From Dehalococcoidia bacterium (GTDB lineage: Bacteria > Chloroflexota > Dehalococcoidia > Bin125), in assembly GCA_965220315.1 (NCBI GenBank), contig CBDCPP010000001.1, positions 59,809-123,808 on the forward strand: DNA of 64,000 bases, read 5' to 3'. Made by a program: the position numbers and the translations under genes. The notes beneath the pieces are model-generated. The model did no database searches. It saw only the letters and a program-made list of their open reading frames with translations, and was not told where the DNA came from. Positions 10,689 to 20,093 of this stretch are shown one piece after another. How positions within the stretch are numbered: the stretch's first letter is position 1; each line of letters begins with the position of its first letter.

Positions 10689-13600
10689 GTGAGAGTACCA
10701 GTGCCGCGAATCTTCGATAATCTGGCCTCTGACTCCAAGCTCCTTCCCGCCCTGCAGGAGACCTTCGCCCTCTCATCCCGGGCGGACCTATGCGTTGGCT
10801 ACTTCAATCTCAGGGGTTGGGGAGGTCTTGCGCCGTATGTGGATCGTTGGGATTCAGACGTAGGTCCGTGCCGTGTGCTCATTGGGATGCAACGTCTGCC
10901 CCACGAAGAGCTTAGGGACGCCAGCAGTCTGACGGATCGGTTCTCCGGCATGGACAACCAGACGGCGCATCGCCTTAAGGTCCAGTTAGCCGAGCAGCTG
11001 CGCCAGCAACTGACCATTGGAGTACCTACCAACATAGACGAGCAGGTCCTGCGGCGGCTGGCAGCTCAACTTCGCGCGGGTAAGGTCGTTGTTAAGCTCT
11101 ATCTCCGCCACCCTCTCCATGCCAAGCTCTATCTCCTGTTCCGTGACGACCCCATCAATCCGATCGTGGGTTATCTGGGCAGCAGCAATCTGACGTTTTC
11201 CGGCCTGTCTGGCCAAGGTGAACTGAATATTGATGTGCTCGACCACGACGCCGCCCTCAAACTCCAAAAGTGGTTCGAGGACAGGTGGAGCGACAAATAC
11301 TGCATTGACATCACGGACGAGCTGGTCGAGATCATTGAAGAGAGCTGGGCGCGCGAGGCCCTGATCCCGCCTTATCACGTCTACCTCAAGATGGCCTATC
11401 ACCTTTCCCACGAGGCCCGCGCGGGCCTGGCCGAGTTCAAGATTCCAGCAGTCTTTGGTGACCGTCTCTTCGACTTCCAGGCTGCGGCGGTCAAGATCGC
11501 AGCCCACCATCTGAACAAGCGCAACGGTGTACTCATCGGCGACGTGGTGGGGCTCGGCAAGACTCTGATGGCCACGGCCGTGGCTCGCATCTTCGAGGAC
11601 GACTACGGACTAGAGACCCTGATCCTGTGCCCCAAAAACCTCGTCGGCATGTGGGAAGACTACGTCCACGAGTATCGACTGCGAGCCAGAGTCCTCTCAC
11701 TCAGCAAGATGATCAGCGAACTCCCCGATCTGCGCCGGTACCGGCTGGTCATCATCGACGAGAGCCACAATCTCCGGAACCGGGAGGGCAAACGGTATCG
11801 CGCGATTCAGGAGTACGTCCGCGCCAACGACAGTAAGTGCATCCTGCTATCGGCTACGCCTTACAACAAGACCTACTTGGACCTGTCGAATCAGCTGCGC
11901 ATCTTCGTAGAAGATGATCAAGATCTCGGCATCCGTCCCGAGAAGCTTCTCCGCGAATTGGGGGAGGTCGAGTTCAGCAGGCGGCACCAAGCATCCCCCC
12001 GAACTCTGGCGGCCTTCGACCAGAGCAAGCACGCCGCCGACTGGCGCGACCTGATGCGTCTCTATCTCGTGCGCCGGACACGGAGCTTCATCCAGGACAA
12101 CTACGCGGAGACGGACCCGGAAACAGGTCGAAAGTTCCTTACGTACGAGGATGGAAACAGATCGTTCTTCCCAACCCGCGTGCCAAGGACGGTCAAGTTC
12201 ACTATCGACGAGTCTGACCCGGTAGACCAATACGCTCGCCTGTATTCGCAGGACGTGGTCGATATCGTAAAAACGCTGCAACTGCCCCGTTACGGTCTCG
12301 GCAACTACGTCGCTGATGATCCCCACCTTCTGCCCACGCAAGCGGAGGCGGGGCAGATAGAAGACCTCTCACGGGCGGGCAAGCGGCTCATGGGTTTCTG
12401 CCGCACGAACCTTTTAAGCGCCTCGAAAGTAGCGGCGCGGCCTTCCTGCAGTCGGTGGAGCGTCACGTGCTCCGAAACTACGTCTTCCTCCACGCAATCC
12501 GCCAGGGACTGCTGCTGCCTCTGGGCACCCAGGACGCCGAAATGCTCGACTCGCGATTCACCGACGAGGACGCGGACGGGCCTCTGGCTAGCATCTTCGA
12601 ACTCGAAAATGAGGACGAGAAGGATCAAGGAGCCGGAGAGTCCGGCGCCCCAAGAGTACCCATCCTGACGGCGGCCGACTTCGAAGCGCGCGCCGCTGAG
12701 ATATACGCAGAGTACGAGAGCCGCTACCAGCGAAGATTCAAGTGGCTCCGCTCCAGTCTCTTTACGGACGCGCTGGAAGCTGACCTTCAGTCGGACGCCG
12801 CCGCCCTTTTGCAGGTCCTTCAGGCGCATGGAACCTGGAACCCGGAACATGACGCGAAACTGCACGCTCTCCACACTCTCCTCGCGGAGACGTTCCCCGA
12901 CCGGAAGGTGCTGGTCTTCTCTCAGTTCGCGGACACGGTCCGTTATCTGGAGGAGCAACTCGAGGGCAGAGGCGTGACCGCCATGGCCGGAGTGACCGGT
13001 GACTCCGCCGACCCAACGGGACTTGCACAGCGGTTCAGTCCGGTCAGCAACGAGAAGGGGGATGTCATCTCGCCCGGACAGGAACTTCGCATCCTGATTG
13101 CCACCGACGTGCTAAGCGAAGGGCAGAATCTTCAGGACTGCTCGGTGGTCGTGAACTACGATCTGCCGTGGGCAATCATCCGGCTCATCCAGCGTGTGGG
13201 CCGTGTGGACCGCATCGGTCAGAAGGCGGAGGAAATCCTGTGCCACTCTTTCCTGCCCGCCGAAGGGGTCGAGGGCATCATCAAACTCCGTAACCGAGTC
13301 CGGACGCGGCTCCAAGAGAATGCCGAGGTCGTCGGCGCGGACGAAGCGTTCTTCGAAGACGAGGCCGACTCACGGACCATCCTCAACCTCTACCACGAAA
13401 GAGCCGGCATCTTGGATGGCGACGCCGACAGTGAGGTGGACTTGGCCTCCCACGCCTACCAAATATGGAAGAACGCCATCAGTGCGGACCCGTCACTGGA
13501 GAAAGCCGTCGCTAACCTGCCCGACGTGGTGTTCTCGTCGCGGCAGCATGCGCCTATAGCCCAGCGACCGGAGGGCGTCCTCGTCTTCATGCGCACCGCG

Positions 13601-14110
13601 GACGGGAACGACGCTCTCGCCTACGTCGGGCGGGATGGCCGGAGCATCACCGAGTCGCAGATCGAAATCCTCGCCGCTGCCGAGTGCGGGCGGGACACCC
13701 CCGCTCAGCCTCATCACGAGAGCCACCATCACCTTGTTGCCGAGGGGGTCAAGCACATCGTCAAGGAGGAGAAGCGGGTTGGGGGCCAGCTTGGACGGCC
13801 TTCGGGCGCGCGCTTCCGCACCTATACCCGTCTCAAGCAGTACGCGGAGGAGATCAGAGGCCAGCTCTTCGACACCGCACCGCTGCACAAGGCCATCGAC
13901 GACATCTATCGGTACCCCTTGCGCCAGTCGGCCGTTGACACCCTGAACCGGCAGTTACGCAGCGGGGTCGACGACATAGCGCTGGCCGGCATCGTCATCT
14001 CTTTGCACGAGGAAGACCGGCTGTGCGTAACCGACGGCGACGACGCCGAGGTCCAAGAGCCGCGGATCATCTGTTCTCTGGGGCTCTTCGACGGTGAAGA
14101 GGGCGCCTGA
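10689..14110 (+). CDS. PLD(HKD)-family nuclease domain fused to an SNF2/DEAD-like helicase, with an apparent frameshift between two overlapping ORFs (10689..12668 and 12455..14110); possible pseudogene or sequencing error
   Basis: N-terminal HKD motif HPLHAKLYLLFRDD...GYLGSSNLTFSGL. Helicase motif I is LIGDVVGLGKTLMATAV, motif II is IIDESHNLRN and motif VI is QRVGRVDRIGQ. Frame 2 is open from 12320, and the frame-0 tail after about 12420 is Ser/Thr/Cys-rich nonsense. The likely real start is the GTG at 10701, which has a GAGAG RBS. The stop overlaps the methyltransferase ATG (tgATGc). Confidence 0.7.
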
Positions 14111-16974
14111 TGCCGGTCGCGATTGATGAGCTGCGGCCCCACCTGCAGACCTTCGACTTCCGAAGCCTTTTGGTGGAAGGGTTGGGATGGGACCACTACC
14201 TGGCGGAACCCCTGAGCGTTCCGGTGGAAGGTCACGATTATCTCTTGGAGCCGGTCGCGGAGAAGGCTGGATTCGTTGTTTACGCCTGCGGCCCCGGCGC
14301 TGACGGTTCGATCCCCGAGTACCCGGTCCGGCGAAAGATCGAGCAGCAGGTTGCCAAGCTGGCGTTCGAGCACATGCTTATCTTCGTCGATGCCGGACGG
14401 GACACGCAGATCTGGCAGTGGGTCAAGCGGGAGAGCGGAAAGCCCGCTGCCTGCCGCGAGCAAACGTTCCACCGAGGCCAGACAGGGGAGCCCCTGCTCC
14501 AGCGCCTTCAGACCCTTGCCTTTGAGCTGGAAGAACAGGGTCGGCTGAGTATTCCGGAGGTTGCCTCTCGCGTCCAGCGGGCCATGGACGTGGAGAAAAT
14601 CACCAAGCGCTTCTATGAGCGCTTCAAGACGGAACTCGAAGCCTTCCAGAGCTTCATCGACGGCATCGCCGAACAGGGCGACCGCGAGTGGTACGCCTCC
14701 CTGATGCTCAATCGCATGATGTTCATCTACTTCGTCCAGAAGCAGGGCTTCCTCGACGGCGATCCCGACTATCTCCGCAACCGTCTGCACATGGTCCAGA
14801 ACGGGCGCGGCGCCGGACGGTTCCAGCAGTTCTACCGCATCTTCCTGTTGCGGCTGTTCCATGAAGGGCTGGGACGGCCCGAAGCGGAGAGGTCGCCCGA
14901 TCTGGCCGCGCTGCTGGGCAAGGTCCCCTTCCTCAACGGCGGCCTGTTCGACGTGCACGACCTGGAGCGAGACAACCCGGACATCAGCATCCCCGATGAG
15001 GCCTTCGAGGAGGTCTTCGCCTTCTTCGACGGCTACCGCTGGCACCTCGACGAGCGGTCCGACAAGGTCGACAACGAGATCAATCCCGACGTGCTCGGCT
15101 ACATCTTCGAGAAGTACATCAACCAGAAACAGATGGGCGCCTACTACACCAAGGAGGACATCACCGGCTACATCACCCGCAACACGGTGATCCCTTTCCT
15201 CTTCGCCGCCGCCAAGAAAGAATGCCCGGTGGCCTTCGCTCCCGGAGGCGGCGTCTGGCGCCTGCTGCAGGACGACCCCGACCGCTACATCTACCCCGCC
15301 GTCGGGCACGGCCTCGCCTGGGCGTACGCCACCGATGCCGAGCCTCAGCCTCTAGAACATCCTTTGGATCTACCGGAGGAGATCGCTGCGGGCGTTGATG
15401 ACGTGTCCAAGCGCGGGAACTGGAACCAGCCCGCCTCCGCCGCCCACGCCCTGCCCACCGAGACCTGGCGCGAGGTGGTGGCCCGGCGCCAGCGCTACCA
15501 GGAAGTCCGCGCCACGCTTGCGGCGGGCGGGATTTCCGACGTCAACGACTGCATCACCTTGAACCTCAATATCGAGCGGTTTGTAAAGGACGTCATCGTC
15601 CAGAGCGAGGGACCGGAGCTGCTGCGCGCCTTCTGGCACGCCATGCGCGATGTCGCCGTGCTCGATCCTGCCTGCGGGTCGGGCGCTTTCCTCTTCGCCG
15701 CACTCAACATCCTCGAACCGCTCTACACGGCCTGCCTGGAGGGGATGTGGGGCTTCCTCGATGACCTGGAGCGCTCGAACCATCCTCGCCACCCCGAGAC
15801 CATGCGCGACTTCCGAGCCGTTCTGAAACAGGTCGCACAGCACCCCAGCGAGCGCTATTTCATCCTTAAGTCCATCGTCCTCAACAACCTCTACGGCGTC
15901 GATATCATGGAAGAGGCAGTCGAGATCTGTAAGCTGCGTCTCTTCCTCAAGCTCGTCGCCCAGCTCGAAACCCCCGACCAGATCGAGCCGCTGCCCGACA
16001 TCGATTTCAACATCCGCGCCGGCAATACTCTGGTGGGCTTCACCTCGCTCGACGCGGTACAGCAGGCCATGACCATCATGCCCGACGGCCAGCATCGCGC
16101 CCTGTTCGATGAGGAACGGATCATGCTCGACCTCATCAAGGAGGAAGCGGAAGTCGCGAGCCGGGCCTTTGACCAGTTCCGGGAGCAGCAGACCAAGCTC
16201 GGCGGCGAGGTCACCGCCGCAGACAAGGCCGACCTGCGCCTCCGTTTGGAGGGCCTCGGGAACGAACTCGACCGCTACCTGGCGACCGAGTACAGGATCG
16301 ACCCCGACGACCCGGACGCCTTGGGAAGCTGGCGTAAAAGCCACCAACCCTTTCACTGGTTCGTGGAGTTCTACGGGATCATGAACAAAGGTGGGTTCGA
16401 CGTGGTTATCGGGAATCCGCCATACATAGCAAGACGGAAGGTAATCCAGTCGTACACGCCGAAGGGGTTTCGCACGGCAGACTGTCCGGACGTGTACGCC
16501 ACGGTCGTGGAGCGAAGCGTCAACGTCTGTCGGGCCAATGGTCGTATCGGCATGATAGTGCCGCTCAACCTGACCTTCAGCGCGAACTTCGCCAGTCTGC
16601 GCGCGATCATGTACGAGAAATGCGGCTCCAACTGGTTCTCATCGTTTGGACGCATCCCGTCGGCTCTCTTCAGCTTTGATACGCGGGTGCGCAACACGAT
16701 ATATCTAGGACAGAAGTCATCCGGCGCATCCACGCACTGCTTCACCACGCGGCTTCACAGGTGGTTCGACTCCCAGCGGCAAGCGCTGTTCGAGGTCCTG
16801 TCCTACGCTCCCTTCTCGTCGGCGGCTTTCGATGGGTTGGTTGCCCAAGATAGGCAGCGCCCGGCTTCTACGAGATTTTCAGTCTCTGTTGGAGGGCGGA
16901 GAGTATCGGCTCCGGAACGAACTTTCCCCCACACGCGACGGTCATCCTCTTCATTTCAAGCAGACTGCGTATAA
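14110..16974 (+). CDS. Gamma-class N6-adenine DNA methyltransferase, large (PglX/Eco57I/DrmMI-like); the C-terminus may continue into the next ORF by a frameshift
   Basis: Motif X is GAYYTKEDITGYI, motif I is VLDPACGSGAFLFAALN and motif IV is VIGNPPYIARRK, in gamma-class order. There is a long N-terminal helical domain. The last roughly 50 aa of this frame are low-complexity (RQRPASTRFSVSVGGRRVS...). Confidence 0.8.
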   Translation: MPVAIDELRPHLQTFDFRSLLVEGLGWDHYLAEPLSVPVEGHDYLLEPVAEKAGFVVYACGPGADGSIPEYPVRRKIEQQVAKLAFEHMLIFVDAGRDTQIWQWVKRESGKPAACREQTFHRGQTGEPLLQRLQTLAFELEEQGRLSIPEVASRVQRAMDVEKITKRFYERFKTELEAFQSFIDGIAEQGDREWYASLMLNRMMFIYFVQKQGFLDGDPDYLRNRLHMVQNGRGAGRFQQFYRIFLLRLFHEGLGRPEAERSPDLAALLGKVPFLNGGLFDVHDLERDNPDISIPDEAFEEVFAFFDGYRWHLDERSDKVDNEINPDVLGYIFEKYINQKQMGAYYTKEDITGYITRNTVIPFLFAAAKKECPVAFAPGGGVWRLLQDDPDRYIYPAVGHGLAWAYATDAEPQPLEHPLDLPEEIAAGVDDVSKRGNWNQPASAAHALPTETWREVVARRQRYQEVRATLAAGGISDVNDCITLNLNIERFVKDVIVQSEGPELLRAFWHAMRDVAVLDPACGSGAFLFAALNILEPLYTACLEGMWGFLDDLERSNHPRHPETMRDFRAVLKQVAQHPSERYFILKSIVLNNLYGVDIMEEAVEICKLRLFLKLVAQLETPDQIEPLPDIDFNIRAGNTLVGFTSLDAVQQAMTIMPDGQHRALFDEERIMLDLIKEEAEVASRAFDQFREQQTKLGGEVTAADKADLRLRLEGLGNELDRYLATEYRIDPDDPDALGSWRKSHQPFHWFVEFYGIMNKGGFDVVIGNPPYIARRKVIQSYTPKGFRTADCPDVYATVVERSVNVCRANGRIGMIVPLNLTFSANFASLRAIMYEKCGSNWFSSFGRIPSALFSFDTRVRNTIYLGQKSSGASTHCFTTRLHRWFDSQRQALFEVLSYAPFSSAAFDGLVAQDRQRPASTRFSVSVGGRRVSAPERTFPHTRRSSSSFQADCV

Positions 16975-17443
16975 CTGGCTGACCTTTTGCGTAGATCAGC
17001 CTCCCGCATTCGGGCCGGATGGCGATCATATTCTTCAGACCGAGTATGGAACGGTGAAGTTCGGAAATCAGAACAACCGAGATCTGTCCATGTTGCTGGC
17101 GAACGGCAAGCTCATGTTCGTGTGGTGGGCTGGAGTTGGAGACGATTTTCACCTAACTCAGACAGTTCTCAAGAGCGCTCCGGTGGGGCCAAGACAACTC
17201 ACGGAGGAACACCAGAAGTTTCTTCTGGCTTCGCTGCTGGATCTAGAGCGTGCTATGGCTGAGAACGTGGTGTTCAAGCGGAACGCAGGTAAGAACATCG
17301 GGAACTACAACCTGGCCCGCTGCCGCTGGATCACGGACAAAGCGGACAAAGTCTGGCTGGAAGCGCTGGCCCTGAGCGATCTATGGGAGGAGATCCAACT
17401 GGAGTATTCGCTGGTGGTCAGGACCTCCTTTGAGGAGGAGTAA
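16832..17443 (+). CDS. Hypothetical 203-aa ORF; either the methyltransferase target-recognition/C-terminal domain reached by a frameshift, or a separate small gene
   Basis: It overlaps the methyltransferase ORF end by about 140 nt in a different frame, and its frame is open from 16709. Its translation is protein-like, whereas the methyltransferase-frame tail is not. Its end overlaps the start of the next gene, which suggests translational coupling. Confidence 0.45.
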   Translation: MGWLPKIGSARLLRDFQSLLEGGEYRLRNELSPTRDGHPLHFKQTAYNWLTFCVDQPPAFGPDGDHILQTEYGTVKFGNQNNRDLSMLLANGKLMFVWWAGVGDDFHLTQTVLKSAPVGPRQLTEEHQKFLLASLLDLERAMAENVVFKRNAGKNIGNYNLARCRWITDKADKVWLEALALSDLWEEIQLEYSLVVRTSFEEE

Positions 17444-18011
17444 GAAGACGCGTTTGAGGGTCAACCTCCCACCGGCGACTGTGGTGAAGGGCAATCTCGA
17501 CCTGCTTGGTGAGTCGTTGACTGCCCTCTTCTGCTCCGTCCGCTGTCCCGGCGATCTAATTCTCAAAACCTACGATCTCGCCAGGGCGATGCGCGGTTCC
17601 GGCACGCCCGTGATCGGTGGCTTCCAAACGCCGATGGAGAAGGAGTGCCTGCGCCTGCTGCTCCGGGGCAGTCAGCCGGTCGTCGTGTGCCCGGCTCGTG
17701 GCATCGAGAAGATGCGGGTCCCCCGTGACTGGCGCCCAGCCCTGGAGGAAGGCCGGCTGCTGGTCCTCTCCCTCTTCCCGCCCTCGCGCCGCCGTCCCAC
17801 GGCGGAGACCGCCGCCCGGCGCAACGACTTAGTGGCATCCCTCGCCCGCGAGGTCTTCATCGCTCACGCCGCCGCGGGCGGCAAGACCGAAGCCTTCGCC
17901 CGTAAGATCGCGGACTCCGGCAAGCCCCTCCTCACTCTCGACAGCCCTGCCAACGCGAACCTGCTGGCGCTGGGCGCCCGCCCCGTCACGCCGGAGTTCG
18001 CTCAGCGCTGA
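17430..18011 (+). CDS. DprA/Smf-like (SLOG-superfamily Rossmann) protein
   Basis: The pattern GSGTPVIGGFQTPMEKECLRLLL...VVVCPARGIE...RLLVLS...RRNDLVASLAREVFIAHAAAGGKTEAF matches the DprA Rossmann nucleotide/ssDNA-binding fold. It begins at a TTG/GTG alternative start that overlaps the previous ORF. Confidence 0.6.
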   Translation: MRRSKKTRLRVNLPPATVVKGNLDLLGESLTALFCSVRCPGDLILKTYDLARAMRGSGTPVIGGFQTPMEKECLRLLLRGSQPVVVCPARGIEKMRVPRDWRPALEEGRLLVLSLFPPSRRRPTAETAARRNDLVASLAREVFIAHAAAGGKTEAFARKIADSGKPLLTLDSPANANLLALGARPVTPEFAQR

Positions 18012-18261
18012 CGTTGACCATTCACGGCCCTAATTTTTTGGAACTGCTTTTCCCGATTGTCCCGCAGTGGAACGCCCGCTAGTCTGGATCCACGATGTCT
18101 GGTCGTGCGCATGCTTATCCCGAGAGGTCCGTATCCGCCGCGCTCCATCACGCGGCGGATGCGATCGGCCGCTAAGGCGCGCTCCTGCGGGCGCCTCGGA
18201 GCGAGGCGCTTCCGCATCCGACCCGGCACCCCGCTGCTCGTACCCATGAAGGACTGAGACC

Positions 18262-19896
18262 GTGAACGCTCCGCGTGTGATCCTCTACGACACCATTCTC
18301 CGCGACGGCTCCCAGATGGAAGGCATCGCCTTCTCCCTTGAGGACAAGCTCGCCATCGCGCACCGCCTCGACGATATCGGCGTCCACTACATCGAAGGCG
18401 GCTTCCCCGGCTCCAACGAGAAGGACCGCCTCTTCTTTCAAGAGATCAAGCGCACTCCCCTCAAGCATGCCAAGGTGGTCGCCTTCGGTGGCACCCGCCG
18501 CGCCGGCCTCCAGGTCCAGGACGATCCCAACATCCAAGCGATCGCGGATGCGGACACCACCGTCGTCACCCTCGTCGGCAAGGCCAGCAGCTATCAGGTC
18601 CGCGTCGCCCTCGAGACCAGCGGCGAAGAGAACCTCGCCATGATCGCCGACTCCGTCGCTCACTTCAAAGCCCTCGGCCGCGAGGTCGGCTTCGACGCCG
18701 AGCACTTCTTCGACGGTTTCCGTGACGACTCGGACTACGCTCTCCAAACCCTCCGCACTGCCGCCCGCGCCGGCGCCGACACGCTCATCCTCTGTGACAC
18801 CAACGGCGGCGCTCTCACCGCCGACCTCGTGCACGCGATCGAAGCTGCCAAACGAGCCGTCCCGCAGGCGCAGTTTGGCATCCACGTCCACAACGACACC
18901 GGCCTCGCCGTCGCTAACAGCCTCGCCGCCGTCTCCGCCGGCGTTGTGCAAGTCCAAGGCTGCTTCAACGGTTACGGCGAACGCTGCGGTAACGCCAACC
19001 TCGCTACCATCCTCGCCACCCTCCAGCTCAAAATGGGCATTCCCGTTGTCAACAACGAGCAGCTCGCCCGCCTCACCGAGATCTCCCGCTACATCGCCGA
19101 ACTCGCCAACCTCCCCTTAGATTCGCAAGCCCCATACGTCGGCGCCAGTGCCTTCGCCCACAAGGCCGGCTACCACGTCGCCGCCGTCATCAAGGACGAG
19201 AACACCTATCAACACGCGAAACCCGCCGCCGTCGGCAACGACCGCCGGGTCCTCGTCAGCGAGCTCTCCGGGCAGCGCAATATCTCCTACAAACTGCGAG
19301 AGCGCGGCCTGGACCTTCCCCTTACTCCCGAAGAGACCAGGGCCCTGCTCGAACGCGTCAAGCAGATGGAGAGCCGCGGGTACCAGTACGAGGGCGCCGA
19401 TGCCTCCTTCGAGCTACTCGCCCATCGCGCCCGTCCCAACTACACGCCCCCCTTCGAGCTTGAGGACTTTCTCATCGTAGAGCGTCGCCGCCACACGGCT
19501 GATCTTGCCAACGGGGAAGCCGAAAACGAGGCGGCCGAGAACAGTGAGCGCAACGAGATGCTCGCCGAAGCGATGGCCAAGGTCGGCGTTTCCGATCAGC
19601 TCTTCCAGACCGCCGCCGAAGGTAACGGGCCCGTCAACGCGCTCGACCGGGCCGTTCGCAAAGGCTTGCGCGAGGCCTACCCCGCGCTCGACCGCATGCA
19701 CCTGCTCGACTACAAGGTTCGTATCCTCGACGCTGCCGCCGGTACCGAGGCCAAAGTCCGCGTCCTCATCGAATCCACCGACGGCGAGCACATCTGGAAC
19801 ACCGTTGGCTCCTCCACCGATGTGATCGAGGCCTCCTGGCTGGCTCTCGCCGACGCCTTCGAATACTTTCTGCTCAAGCAAGAAGAATGGCGCTAA
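18262..19896 (+). CDS. cimA: LeuA-family 2-isopropylmalate/(R)-citramalate synthase (probably CimA)
   Basis: MNAPRVILYDTILRDGSQMEGIAFSLEDKLAIAHRLDDIGVHYIEGGFPGSN and HVHNDTGLAVANSLAAV are present, with a LeuA-like C-terminal regulatory domain. It is a second paralog besides leuA in an ilv/leu context. The start is a GTG. Confidence 0.85.
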   Translation: MNAPRVILYDTILRDGSQMEGIAFSLEDKLAIAHRLDDIGVHYIEGGFPGSNEKDRLFFQEIKRTPLKHAKVVAFGGTRRAGLQVQDDPNIQAIADADTTVVTLVGKASSYQVRVALETSGEENLAMIADSVAHFKALGREVGFDAEHFFDGFRDDSDYALQTLRTAARAGADTLILCDTNGGALTADLVHAIEAAKRAVPQAQFGIHVHNDTGLAVANSLAAVSAGVVQVQGCFNGYGERCGNANLATILATLQLKMGIPVVNNEQLARLTEISRYIAELANLPLDSQAPYVGASAFAHKAGYHVAAVIKDENTYQHAKPAAVGNDRRVLVSELSGQRNISYKLRERGLDLPLTPEETRALLERVKQMESRGYQYEGADASFELLAHRARPNYTPPFELEDFLIVERRRHTADLANGEAENEAAENSERNEMLAEAMAKVGVSDQLFQTAAEGNGPVNALDRAVRKGLREAYPALDRMHLLDYKVRILDAAAGTEAKVRVLIESTDGEHIWNTVGSSTDVIEASWLALADAFEYFLLKQEEWR

Positions 19897-20093
19897 CTGC
19901 TGGGTCTCCGTCCTCGCCCGCCGCATGATCATGGCCATTTTCTTTCCCTATCAGGCGCCGCTCTGCCCGATTCGTTCGCCTTCACGATACCCCGGTGCCG
20001 AATCATTCACGGGAAGGTAGAATAAGTTGCCGGGTGATCCACGCAGGGTGGGTGCCGGTAGCTCAAACAGGGGAGAGGGAGAGGGAGAGTACC

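Noticed and set aside
12455-14110. Treating the helicase C-terminal ORF as an independent gene
   Set aside because: It lacks helicase motifs I-II, which are in the upstream overlapping ORF, and its frame is open well upstream of its nominal start. A single interrupted gene is far more parsimonious.
10502-18261. Direct repeats, integrase, transposase or tRNA fragment bounding the inserted block
   Set aside because: I found no shared 10-mer or longer between the two border regions by eye, and no recombinase ORF. The insertion mechanism stays unknown. This is not evidence of absence without a computational repeat search.
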